DNA of 64,000 nt from an uncultured bacterium (GTDB lineage Bacteria > Fermentibacterota > Fermentibacteria > Fermentibacterales > JCC-6). Below the pieces are notes generated by a model that saw only the letters and a list, made by a program, of their open reading frames with translations, was not told the DNA's origin and made no database searches. The stretch spans positions 666 through 64,665 of the forward strand of contig CAZIPI010000014.1 in the NCBI GenBank assembly GCA_964541235.1, in the 5' to 3' direction. A program made the position numbers and the translations under genes. Positions 36,966 to 50,487 of this stretch are shown here, in pieces (positions within the stretch are counted from its first letter, which is position 1; each line of letters begins with the position of its first letter).

Positions 36966-37600
36966 CTCTTCCTTTTCACAGCTTTGAACCCCGATCCGGG
37001 ATGGCGAAACTGCACCATGAACCCCGGGCGGTCAAGAGGCGGTGAGGGCAGGGCAACCACAAGCTTTTCGCATGGAATGGAATACGGTTCCGCGACCCTG
37101 AGCGTGAGAGTGCAGCCGTCGGGCGCCGTCCCCGCAACGCGGGACAGGAGCTGTTCAGGGTCCTCCACTGCCCTCGCGGTAAAAGCGGTGTCCTTCGGGA
37201 AGGGGCCGGCCTCCTCGATGCCGCAGTGCATCGCCGCCGCGTTCCCCAGCCCCAGGGAGTCCAGCGCCCAGAGAAGGAACAGATACCTCTTCCTCCTTCT
37301 CTCCACCATGGTGACGTTCATTCCAAAGATCGCCAGGACCATTCCCGGGAACCCCGCTCCGCTCCCGATGTCCACCACCGGCCCTGCTTCCTTCAGGAGG
37401 GGCATGTACGCGGCGGACTCAAGGACGTGCCTTCCCCAGAGGCGTTCCATCTCCCGCGGACCCAGCAGGTTGCCGAACCTGCCCCCCATGCCGTGCTCAA
37501 GAAGGACCGCGAACTCGGAAAGCATCTGCAGGGCGCTCCCCGTGGGCTCCACCCCCAGCGCTCGGAGCGAAGAGGAAGCGTCATCCGGAATGTGTTTCAC
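36962..37600 (-). CDS. rsmG: 16S rRNA m7G527 methyltransferase RsmG (GidB)
   Basis: VVDIGSGAGFPG motif; position between parA and mnmG. Confidence 0.8.
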   Translation of the reverse strand: MKHIPDDASSSLRALGVEPTGSALQMLSEFAVLLEHGMGGRFGNLLGPREMERLWGRHVLESAAYMPLLKEAGPVVDIGSGAGFPGMVLAIFGMNVTMVERRRKRYLFLLWALDSLGLGNAAAMHCGIEEAGPFPKDTAFTARAVEDPEQLLSRVAGTAPDGCTLTLRVAEPYSIPCEKLVVALPSPPLDRPGFMVQFRHPGSGFKAVKRKR

Positions 37601-39377
37601 GTGGAACCTTTCCCCTGAGGGCCTGCAGTGTCATCACTTCCACATCCGACGCCCTCACCCCGGGAAGGCGTGAAGCCTCCCTTATGGTTAGCGGTTCGGC
37701 ATTGCATATGGCCTGCCTGGCTTCGATGGACATACCGGACAGCAGTTGCGCCGGGGGGACAGGCAGGTCGAGGTGTTCTCCTGCGGCGTGGACCCGCCTC
37801 TGATGCCTGCTGATGTATCCTCCGTACCTGATGTCGTTGAATACGCACCCGACTCCCTCGGGGTCCACCTCCTTCAACTCCGGGCAGAGCCCTGTGATCA
37901 CTCTGGTGGTGGTCTCGGGCCTTCTGCAGAGGGATTCCAGGCCGCTGCCGCCTATGAGAAGCCGGGCCCTCTCCCTGTGGGCTTCCAGAGCCTTCATCCT
38001 GCCCAGTCGCTCCCCTCCCAGGACACCAAGTCCGGTGCCGAACTCAATAAGCCTTGCGTGGGCGTTGTCCTGTCTCAGGTGAAGCCTGTTCTCGGCCCTG
38101 CTGGAGAAGAGCCTGTAGGGCTCCTCGATACCCTTGCTGACAAGGTCGTTGACCATGACGCCCAGGTAGCTCTGTTGCCTGTCCGGAACCGCAGGGGGCA
38201 TGTCCAGTGCTGTCCTTGCGGCGTTCGCGCCGGCGAGAAGGCCCAGCGCCGCTGCTTCCTCATACCCGGACGTCCCGAGGAGCTGGCCGGCCGCGAACAG
38301 GTTCACGGTCCCGCGAAGCCTGAGCGTTTCATCGAACGTGCCCCAGGCCAGCCTTCCGTACTCCACGGCATACCCGAACAGGGCGATCTCGGCCCTGTGG
38401 AAGCCGTCCATGCTTCTCAGCATCCGGTACTGGACGTCCTGGGGCATGCTGGTGGAAAGACCGTTCAGGTATGAAAGCCTTGAATGCTCCGCCACCGGCT
38501 CAACGTGTACAGGGTGATCGGAGCGCTCCGGGAACTTGAACACCTTGTCCTCGAAGCTTGGGCAGTACCTCGGGCCCCTTCCCCCTATGCGCCGGGAGAG
38601 CAGGGGCGATCTTCCGGCGTTCTCCCTTACGGCCTCGGCGGTCCTGACGTTTGTCCTTGCAAGGTGGCACAGCCTCTCCCCGCAGGTGCGTTCGCCGGTC
38701 TCCACGCTGAACCTGAAAGGGAAACGGTGAGCCTCCTGAACCTCCAGAGCGTCCAGATCAATGGAAGAGGTGACGATCCTGGGAGACGTCCCTGTCTTGA
38801 AACGTTCCACGTGGAACATTCCCGAGAGGAACCTGTGCAGCTCAACAGAGGGAAGGCCCCCGTCCCTTCCGCCGGGCCAGCGTTCATCCCCCCTGTAAAG
38901 GGTTCCGCCAAGGTACGTGCCGGTGGCGAGTACGAATGAGTCGCCCGGTACCGAGCGGCCACCGTCCAGCAGCGCTTCGGTGAACCTTTCGGGGCCCCCG
39001 CCGAGAGCCAGCGCCATGCCCTTCACCACCGTTACCCCGGCGGCGTCCAGCGCCCGCCTCACGAAGCGCGGGTACAGCCTTGAGTCGGACTGAACCCTCG
39101 GCCCCCACACGGCGGGCCCCCTGCTCATGTTCAGCATGCGGAACTGCAGTGATGTGCAGTCGGCCGCCAGCCCCATTATGCCTCCGAGGGCGTCGATCTC
39201 CCTTACGAGACATCCCTTGGCCACGCCTCCGATGGCGGGGTTGCAGGGCATCAGGGCTATGGCGCCCGGTTCCGCCGTAACAAGCACGGCGCGGGCCCCG
39301 ACCCTCGCCGCGGCCATTGCCGCCTCGGCGCCGGCGTGGCCGCCGCCCACCACCACCACCGTTCTACTTGCCGACAC
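37581..39377 (-). CDS. mnmG: tRNA uridine-5-carboxymethylaminomethyl modification enzyme MnmG (GidA)
   Basis: FAD-binding VVVGGGHAGAEAA, ~598 aa, conserved synteny. Confidence 0.9.
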   Translation of the reverse strand: MSASRTVVVVGGGHAGAEAAMAAARVGARAVLVTAEPGAIALMPCNPAIGGVAKGCLVREIDALGGIMGLAADCTSLQFRMLNMSRGPAVWGPRVQSDSRLYPRFVRRALDAAGVTVVKGMALALGGGPERFTEALLDGGRSVPGDSFVLATGTYLGGTLYRGDERWPGGRDGGLPSVELHRFLSGMFHVERFKTGTSPRIVTSSIDLDALEVQEAHRFPFRFSVETGERTCGERLCHLARTNVRTAEAVRENAGRSPLLSRRIGGRGPRYCPSFEDKVFKFPERSDHPVHVEPVAEHSRLSYLNGLSTSMPQDVQYRMLRSMDGFHRAEIALFGYAVEYGRLAWGTFDETLRLRGTVNLFAAGQLLGTSGYEEAAALGLLAGANAARTALDMPPAVPDRQQSYLGVMVNDLVSKGIEEPYRLFSSRAENRLHLRQDNAHARLIEFGTGLGVLGGERLGRMKALEAHRERARLLIGGSGLESLCRRPETTTRVITGLCPELKEVDPEGVGCVFNDIRYGGYISRHQRRVHAAGEHLDLPVPPAQLLSGMSIEARQAICNAEPLTIREASRLPGVRASDVEVMTLQALRGKVPRETHSG

Positions 39378-40569
39378 AGAGAACGCTCAGCGCCCGCTCC
39401 ACCGCAGTGAGGTCGTGGCGGATACCCGTGATCTCCTCTGCAATGGTCTCGGCCTCTCGTATGAGCCCGGCTGCGATCCCGGGCTCCTGGTCCGCCGTTG
39501 CCCGGGCCTCCAGAAGCAATGACAGGACCCGGGATGCCATGTGCTCAGCGGGAGACGAAGACATGTCAACGAGGCATTTCACAAGTTCCCCGACCCCCTC
39601 GCCTGTCACTGATGAAACCCGTTGCCCGTTGAGGCTGTGGGTGTCGCTTTTGGACAGGACCGTAAGAACCCTTGCCCCCCTTGAGAGAAGCACTTCAGGC
39701 GCCCCCTCTCCGCCGGGGCTGAGCCAAACCACCATGTCCTCGGGTCGGATCCCGCTCAGCGAAGCCGCAAGCGCCGCCCCGTCCAGGGCTCCGCCCCCGA
39801 ATCCCGGCGTGTCTATCAGAAGGAACCTCCGCCCCTGAAGGGAGACCTCCCTGCGGGCGCCGTCACGGGTGGTCCCGGGTTCCGGATGGACAAGGGCCAC
39901 GAATGAGCCGCACAGCGTGTTCATCAGGGTTGACTTCCCGGCGTTCACCCTTCCGGTCAGATAGACCTTCGCTGCCCTGGAAAGCCCTTGTGCGCTCTCG
40001 AGAAGTTCCCTGGCGGACCCGACGGCCGCCTCAAGGGCATCCACTGGGTCATGCCGGCACCGGCTGCTCTCCTCGGGGAACTCGATGGACCCCTCGATGT
40101 CCTCCAGGGCTTTCGAGATCATCTTTTGAAGGGCGGGCACGGCAACGTCAAGCGGGTCCGCCTTGCGGCCCGTCTCCACCGCCGCGGCCAGGGCAAGTAT
40201 CTGCTGGCCGGACACCCTTCCGTTGCGCCAGGCCCTTCCTGTGAACTCCCCGGGCAGCGCGCCTCTGGCTCCCGCCCCGATAACTGCGTCCAGAAGGGCC
40301 GAGACGAACTCGGGTATGCCGTGGCAGATGAGTTCCACCATCTCTTCCCCGGTGTAGCTGCCGCCCTCGGGCCAGGCCAGCGCCACCACATCCCCGGCGC
40401 GCGGGATCACGGCAACAGCCCTCCGCATGCCCCTGAGCCTGCCCCCCTCAAGCCCTGCAAGACCCTCCACCAGGGCGCAGCACCCGGGGCCGGAGAGCCT
40501 CACCACCGCCAGGGCAGACAGCCCCGGCGGAGTGGCAACGGCGGCTATGATATCGTTTTCAGGGGTCAC
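39364..40569 (-). CDS. mnmE: tRNA modification GTPase MnmE (TrmE)
   Basis: GRVNAGKSTLMN G-domain and a C-terminal ...LCVGK. The GTG start at 40569 overlaps the yidC stop (GTGA). The 692-aa track ORF is an over-extension. Confidence 0.8.
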   Translation of the reverse strand: MTPENDIIAAVATPPGLSALAVVRLSGPGCCALVEGLAGLEGGRLRGMRRAVAVIPRAGDVVALAWPEGGSYTGEEMVELICHGIPEFVSALLDAVIGAGARGALPGEFTGRAWRNGRVSGQQILALAAAVETGRKADPLDVAVPALQKMISKALEDIEGSIEFPEESSRCRHDPVDALEAAVGSARELLESAQGLSRAAKVYLTGRVNAGKSTLMNTLCGSFVALVHPEPGTTRDGARREVSLQGRRFLLIDTPGFGGGALDGAALAASLSGIRPEDMVVWLSPGGEGAPEVLLSRGARVLTVLSKSDTHSLNGQRVSSVTGEGVGELVKCLVDMSSSPAEHMASRVLSLLLEARATADQEPGIAAGLIREAETIAEEITGIRHDLTAVERALSVLCVGK

Positions 40570-42128
40570 CTGGGCTCTTCGGCCTCCATCTTCTTCCTGA
40601 TAAGCTCCTGATGGCCCATGGTGAGAAGGTTGAACACCATCCAGTAAAGGTTCATGCCGGCCGCGAACTTCATGAAGATGTAGCTCATGAACACCGGCAT
40701 CAGGTACATCATGCCCTTCTGCTGCTGCATCGAGGCCGAACTCATCTTCTGCTGGATGATCATGAACGCGGCGCTCACAAGCGCCATGAGCCCTATCCCG
40801 TGAAGACCGAGGATGGGGGCCTGGAACGGGATGAGTATCTCCGGCCTTGACAGGTCGGTCATCCACAGCACGAAGGGAGCGCCCCTGAGTTCCACTGCGT
40901 TCCCCAGAACCCTGTACATGGCGAAGAACACCGGCATCTGCAGAAGCATGGGAAGACACCCTCCGAGAGGGTTGGCGCCGGACTCCCTGTAGAGCTTCTG
41001 CATTGCCTGCTGCTGTTTCTGCGGGTCGGCCGCGTATTTCTGCTGTATCTCCTTTATGGCCGGGGAAAGCTTCTGCATCTTCTGCATGGCCACGAAGCTC
41101 TTCTTGGTGAGGGGCATCATAAGGAGCTTGAGTGTGAAGGCCAGAACGATTATCCTGAGGCCCCAGTTGCCAATGAACGAGAGAACGCGGTCGAGATACA
41201 GGAAGATCAGCTGAGCAAGCTGTCTGACCACGGGAAAGCCGAAGTCCACCATTTTGCCGGTGTCGCTTCCCAGGCCGGTCAGGACCGTGTAGCTCACGGG
41301 TCCGGCGTAAACAGTGACGTTCTCCGCTTCCAGTGAAACTTCGGGGGAGCTTCCGGCACCAGGTGCGACAAATCCGCTGACCCTCTCCCGCGACTGCGGA
41401 AGAAGCACGATGCAGAAGTACCTTGATGAGGCGGCGACCCACCTGCTGTTGCCGGTTCCCTCAAGCGCATCGATGGCGGTTGCTTTCCTGCGTGTCATCT
41501 TGTTGGTGTACCAGCAGGCGGAATAATACTGCCTGAGGTCGGCCCCGGCTTCCGTGACCGGTATCGCCCCGGACTGCACGGTCATCCTGCCGGAAAGCCC
41601 TTCCTCGGATACGTCGAAGGCGTAGGATCCGCTTCTGAACCTGAAGGTGCGGGTGGCGCTCCCGGCGGTCATCACCACTTCGGCATCTCCGGCGACCACC
41701 ACGGTGTCCGGGCTGTTGCAGTGGAAGGCCACCGGTTCGCCCCTGGAGTTCATCGCCATGAGCCATGGTTCCCTGGCAAGGTTCACCGCTTCCCCGGAGG
41801 CATCCCCTGTAAGATCGGGGTAGCTGTTCAGCGACCAGCGGGTGACGCCCCCGCCGAAGGTTGTCAGACGGGCGTCCACGAGGACCGATTCGCCGTCCAT
41901 TATCAACACGGTTATTGCTCGTGGGGATGTCTGCTCTTCATGGAAGTCCACCGGTGGCTCAGGCTCGGGCTGGTCAGGGGCAAGGAGTTCGGGGGCCGTT
42001 TCCCGCACCTCTCCCGTCTGCGCTGGAGGGGTGGTCGTCCTGGGGCCGGCCAGGAACCAGCTCAAGGCCAGGACCGCCATCATGAGCGCGGCTGCTAGAA
42101 GCATTCGTGACTGGTCACTGATCGCCAT
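40566..42128 (-). CDS. yidC: Membrane protein insertase YidC
   Basis: N-terminal TM and periplasmic domain; conserved C-terminal 5-TM core. Confidence 0.9.
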   Translation of the reverse strand: MAISDQSRMLLAAALMMAVLALSWFLAGPRTTTPPAQTGEVRETAPELLAPDQPEPEPPVDFHEEQTSPRAITVLIMDGESVLVDARLTTFGGGVTRWSLNSYPDLTGDASGEAVNLAREPWLMAMNSRGEPVAFHCNSPDTVVVAGDAEVVMTAGSATRTFRFRSGSYAFDVSEEGLSGRMTVQSGAIPVTEAGADLRQYYSACWYTNKMTRRKATAIDALEGTGNSRWVAASSRYFCIVLLPQSRERVSGFVAPGAGSSPEVSLEAENVTVYAGPVSYTVLTGLGSDTGKMVDFGFPVVRQLAQLIFLYLDRVLSFIGNWGLRIIVLAFTLKLLMMPLTKKSFVAMQKMQKLSPAIKEIQQKYAADPQKQQQAMQKLYRESGANPLGGCLPMLLQMPVFFAMYRVLGNAVELRGAPFVLWMTDLSRPEILIPFQAPILGLHGIGLMALVSAAFMIIQQKMSSASMQQQKGMMYLMPVFMSYIFMKFAAGMNLYWMVFNLLTMGHQELIRKKMEAEEPR

Positions 42129-42348
42129 CGTTCCCTTCCTCCGGTACGGGGTCGTATCCTCCCCGGTTCCATGGGTTGCACCTGAGTATCCTCTTCAGTG
42201 CCAGTCCCGATCCCCTGGCAACGCCGAACCTTTCCACCGCTGTTCTGGCGTAGCTGCTGCATGACGGCGTGAAGCGGCATGACCTTGGCAGAAGAGGGGA
42301 CAGGAATCTCCTGTATCCGTCTATCAGGAAAAGGACCATGCCCTTCAT
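42115..42348 (-). CDS. yidD: Membrane protein insertion efficiency factor YidD
   Basis: YRRFLSPLLPRSCRFTPSCSSYA signature. Confidence 0.85.
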   Translation of the reverse strand: MKGMVLFLIDGYRRFLSPLLPRSCRFTPSCSSYARTAVERFGVARGSGLALKRILRCNPWNRGGYDPVPEEGNDGDQ

Positions 42349-42722
42349 CTCCTGGCTTCCGTAACCAGCTTGTTGAAGTCATCGCGGAGCGCTGGCCATC
42401 CGATCTCCCTGAGCTTCACCAGCGGCGTCACTACGGCGTCGAATCCCCGGCCTTCACGGTCCTCGCGGGCCAGCTGCCTGAGCCTTCTTCTGAACAGGTT
42501 CCTCTCCACGGCATTCCCTGTTCTTCTCGATACGGAAAACCCCAGGCGTATAACGCCCAGGGTGTTTCTGCAGTGTCTCGCCTTTACTGTTCCGCCGGTG
42601 AATCGGTTCCCCGACTTGAAAAGGCGGATGAACTCCGGAGTTCTCTTCAGGGAAAAACACGGGGTTCCGGTTCTGTCAGCCCTAGGGCACCAGTCTTTTG
42701 CGGCCCTTCCTTCTTCTGGCAT
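42345..42722 (-). CDS. rnpA: RNase P protein component RnpA (start probably internal, ~42650)
   Basis: [20 protein letters not shown]...[11 protein letters not shown]. The track ORF overlaps rpmH, so the true start is likely downstream of 42682. Confidence 0.7.
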   Translation of the reverse strand: MPEEGRAAKDWCPRADRTGTPCFSLKRTPEFIRLFKSGNRFTGGTVKARHCRNTLGVIRLGFSVSRRTGNAVERNLFRRRLRQLAREDREGRGFDAVVTPLVKLREIGWPALRDDFNKLVTEARR

Positions 42723-42816
42723 TCAGAACCTTCCTGCCGCCCCGGGTGGCCATTCTGGCCCTGAACCCATGCTTCCTTACCCTTGAGATCCTGCTGGGCT
42801 GATAGGTTCTCTTCAT
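42682..42816 (-). CDS. rpmH: 50S ribosomal protein L34
   Basis: Manual translation of the minus strand gives [44 protein letters not shown]. It is below the ORF-track length cutoff. Confidence 0.85.
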   Translation of the reverse strand: MKRTYQPSRISRVRKHGFRARMATRGGRKVLNARRRKGRKRLVP

Positions 42817-43095
42817 GACCCGTTCCTTCTTGACTAAACCGGCGGCTGGTTGCCCCGGGAAACAAAAAATGCCTATTCCAATGGGAAGCGGAATTTTACT
42901 AATTCACGCGGGGCGTGTCAAGCTCTTTTCCGCCCTTGCCAACGGAAAAGAAATCAACATGTTCTGGTCTGTATCGAGCGGCCCGGATTTTCATTCAATT
43001 GCTGTGCAAGTGTTTACTACGGCCGGAGGTGTGTTGAAAACTATGTTGATCATTGCTGACCCTGTTGTGTGCATTCGTCTTACGGCTCTTCTCAG

Positions 43096-44412
43096 ATGTT
43101 CCTGAGCAACACATCCGAGTCCGCCTGGTCCCAGTGTCTTTCGATGGCGAAGGAGCGGCTTGGGCTCGATACGTTCAACTCGTGGCTGGCCGGCTCCAGG
43201 TTCGTGAGCTTCGAGTACGAGACATTCACCGTTGAGTTCAAGGACGATTTCAGCGCCGGTTTCGTCTCAGCCCACTTCTCCGAGAAGCTCCGGCCCATCC
43301 TGGCTGAGCTTCTGGAATGCCCCGACCTCCATTTCCGCGCCATCTCCGCGTCCCGCAGCGTCCCTGCAAGGCGCGAGAACCTTCTCCCAACCATGCTGAG
43401 GTCAACCTACACCTTCGAACGGTTCATCGTTGACGACAACAACAGGCTCGCCTACGCAACAGCGGTCTCAGCCGCGAAGAACATGGGCTCCGATCTTGCC
43501 AACCCCCTATTCATCTACGGCGGGGTCGGCCTGGGCAAGACCCACCTCATCCAGGCTGTGGCCCACTACGTAAGCAATCACAGGCCCGACCTTCTGGTCC
43601 GCTACATATCAAGCGAGGCATTCCTGAACCAGCTCGTTGCAGGCTTCAACAACAAGAGCACCATGGAGGCGTTCGAGAAGCGTTTTCGTGACGTTCACTA
43701 CCTTCTCATGGACGACGTTCAGTTCTTCGGCGGAAAGCAGGTCCTCGAGCAGAAGCTCTTCCACATCTTCAACGACCTTTACCTTCAGGGAAGGCAGATC
43801 GTTCTTACGTCGGACAGGCCTCCCCATGAGATAGAGCCGCTGGAGGAGCGTCTTGTCTCAAGGTTCCAGTCCGGCATCGTTGCCGATATCAAGCCGCCGG
43901 GCCTTGAGACAAGGGTCGCCATTCTCAGCCAGATCGCCAGGGAAAAAAGGATCTCCATAGAAGACGAGATCATGTACCTGATCGCGGACTCGGTTAAGTC
44001 CAACGTACGCCAGCTCGAGGGTGTGGTCAACCTCATTGCCGTGCGCTCCCAGGTTCTGAACATCTCCATAACCAAGGACCTTGTTCGCAACATAATCGCC
44101 GAGTCTTTGGGAGCGGGAACGCGCCATCTTAACCCGGGCAGCATAACAAGCGCCGTGGCGGAAGCCTTTTCCATCAACCCTGCGCTGATAAGGGGAAAGC
44201 AGCGCAAGCGCGAGGTACTTATCCCCCGGCATGTTTCCATGCTGCTCATAAGGGACCTGACCGACACACCCCTTACGGAGATCGGCCGCTTCTTCTCGGG
44301 CCGAGACCATTCCACGGTTCTCAATGCCATTGCACGGATCAAGGAGATGATGGCCGAGAACCCTTCCCTGAAGAGGAAGGTTCAGGACGTGAAGGAAAGC
44401 CTCACCAGCTGA
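43096..44412 (+). CDS. dnaA: Chromosomal replication initiator DnaA
   Basis: AAA+ Walker A GGVGLGKTHL and a C-terminal DnaA-box-binding domain. The track start is 43069; MFLSNTS at 43096 is more likely. Confidence 0.9.
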   Translation: MFLSNTSESAWSQCLSMAKERLGLDTFNSWLAGSRFVSFEYETFTVEFKDDFSAGFVSAHFSEKLRPILAELLECPDLHFRAISASRSVPARRENLLPTMLRSTYTFERFIVDDNNRLAYATAVSAAKNMGSDLANPLFIYGGVGLGKTHLIQAVAHYVSNHRPDLLVRYISSEAFLNQLVAGFNNKSTMEAFEKRFRDVHYLLMDDVQFFGGKQVLEQKLFHIFNDLYLQGRQIVLTSDRPPHEIEPLEERLVSRFQSGIVADIKPPGLETRVAILSQIAREKRISIEDEIMYLIADSVKSNVRQLEGVVNLIAVRSQVLNISITKDLVRNIIAESLGAGTRHLNPGSITSAVAEAFSINPALIRGKQRKREVLIPRHVSMLLIRDLTDTPLTEIGRFFSGRDHSTVLNAIARIKEMMAENPSLKRKVQDVKESLTS

Positions 44413-44662
44413 CGATGTTCAAAAACCTCCTGCTTTCCTGTGGAAAAAGTGTTGATGCTCCTTACGGAAATCACTTTCGCGAATGATTGTGGGAAAAACC
44501 GTTTCTCCAATCCCGTTGCCCACGGGTTTTCAACACCTCGAACTACCTGCCCGCCACCCCCGGAGCCTTACTTTTCCACAAATCCACATGTATAATTGTG
44601 ATGACTATTCTTTAGATGTTTGAACTCTACCTCTCTGTAACTGTGTGGAAGGAGAGATGCGC
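44413..44662. promoter_or_regulatory. Candidate oriC: dnaA-dnaN spacer with multiple DnaA-box-like 9-mers and an AT-rich unwinding element
   Basis: TGTGGAAAA (44439-44447), TGTGGGAAA (~44488), TTTTCCACA (44572-44580), ATCCACA (44582), TGTGTGGAA (44642). AT-rich tataattgtgatgactattctttagatgtttgaa (44591-44625). Confidence 0.55.
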
Positions 44663-45775
44663 ATGGTGAAGCTTCTGGTATCCTACGGAGACCTTCTCAA
44701 GGGCCTTAGCATTGTGGCCAATGCTCTGCCTCCAAAAACTAGTCTGCCGTCCCTGACCAACATTCTTCTCGAGACCCAGGGCGACCGGTTGAGCCTTGCC
44801 GCCACCGATCTCGACACCTCTGTGATCACATCGGTGCCGGCCACCATCAGCACCCAGGGATCGGTGGCCCTTCCAGGCAAGAAGCTTCTCGAGATCGTAA
44901 AGGAGCTTCCCGGCGGCGACATTCACATCGGCGGCTCCGGAAGCAGGATCACCATTTCCTGCGGCAACAGCAACTTCATCCTTGCGGGGAGCAGCAGGGA
45001 CAGCTTCCCGTCCCTTCCTTCCGCCAGCGAGGTTTCCTTCACCGAACTGCCCATAAAGGCGGTATCGGAAGCGGTGAGGAAAACCGCGTTCGCCGTGGCG
45101 TCCGACGACTACCGGCCCGCACTCAACGGCGCGCTCTGGAAAATGGGGCCCGAGGGGCTTGAGATGGTGGCCACCGACGGGCACCGCCTGGCCCGGATGC
45201 GCCTTTCAGAGCTTGTCTCCCAGAAGCCCATGGAGGCCATCGTGGCGCCCAAGGCATTGAACCTTCTGGGCCGGCTGGGCGAGGACGAGAACATCCTTCT
45301 CGGCTCCCAGGGCACGCAGATCTGCTTCAAATCAGGAGAGACGGCGGTGTTCAGCAGGATCATCGAGGGGCCCTATCCCCCCTACGAGAAGGTGATACCC
45401 GGGGAGAACCCGTTCCTGCTCACCGTGAACCGCGTTGACATCATAGCCAGCCTGAGAAGGATGAGGATCATTGCGAACCCTGCAACCCATCAGGTTCGTT
45501 TCACCCTCGAACAGGGGAGGATGATACTTCAGGCCGAGAACACCGATGCAGGCGAAGCCAGGGAGGAACTCCAGGCCCGTTTCGACTCCGACCCGCTGCA
45601 GATCGCGTTCAACGGAGACTTCCTGATGGAGATACTGAAGAACATGGACAGCGAATCGGTTGTCATGAAGATAAGGGATGGGGCCACCGCAGTTGTCATA
45701 GAAGAGCTGGAACAGGATTCCGGCATGGAGTACCTGGCTCTGCTGATGCCGGTGCGGCTGGCCACCCCGGCGTAG
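44663..45775 (+). CDS. dnaN: DNA polymerase III beta sliding clamp
   Basis: Three-domain clamp, ~370 aa. AAGGAG lies 8 nt upstream of ATG 44663; the track start is 44645. Confidence 0.9.
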   Translation: MVKLLVSYGDLLKGLSIVANALPPKTSLPSLTNILLETQGDRLSLAATDLDTSVITSVPATISTQGSVALPGKKLLEIVKELPGGDIHIGGSGSRITISCGNSNFILAGSSRDSFPSLPSASEVSFTELPIKAVSEAVRKTAFAVASDDYRPALNGALWKMGPEGLEMVATDGHRLARMRLSELVSQKPMEAIVAPKALNLLGRLGEDENILLGSQGTQICFKSGETAVFSRIIEGPYPPYEKVIPGENPFLLTVNRVDIIASLRRMRIIANPATHQVRFTLEQGRMILQAENTDAGEAREELQARFDSDPLQIAFNGDFLMEILKNMDSESVVMKIRDGATAVVIEELEQDSGMEYLALLMPVRLATPA

Positions 45776-45792
45776 CGAAAGGTTCTCCGCTT

Positions 45793-50483
<4,691 letters not shown>

Positions 50484-50487
<4 letters not shown>

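Noticed and set aside
39364-41442. 692-aa ORF as a fused or extended MnmE
   Set aside because: The N-terminal 291 codons overlap yidC on the same strand in another frame and have no homology-like features. An internal GTG with a GTGA overlap gives a canonical-length MnmE.
42817-43095. rpmH-dnaA spacer as the primary oriC
   Set aside because: It is moderately AT-rich, but its DnaA-box matches are weaker than those in the dnaA-dnaN spacer. I retained it only as a possible second half of a bipartite origin.
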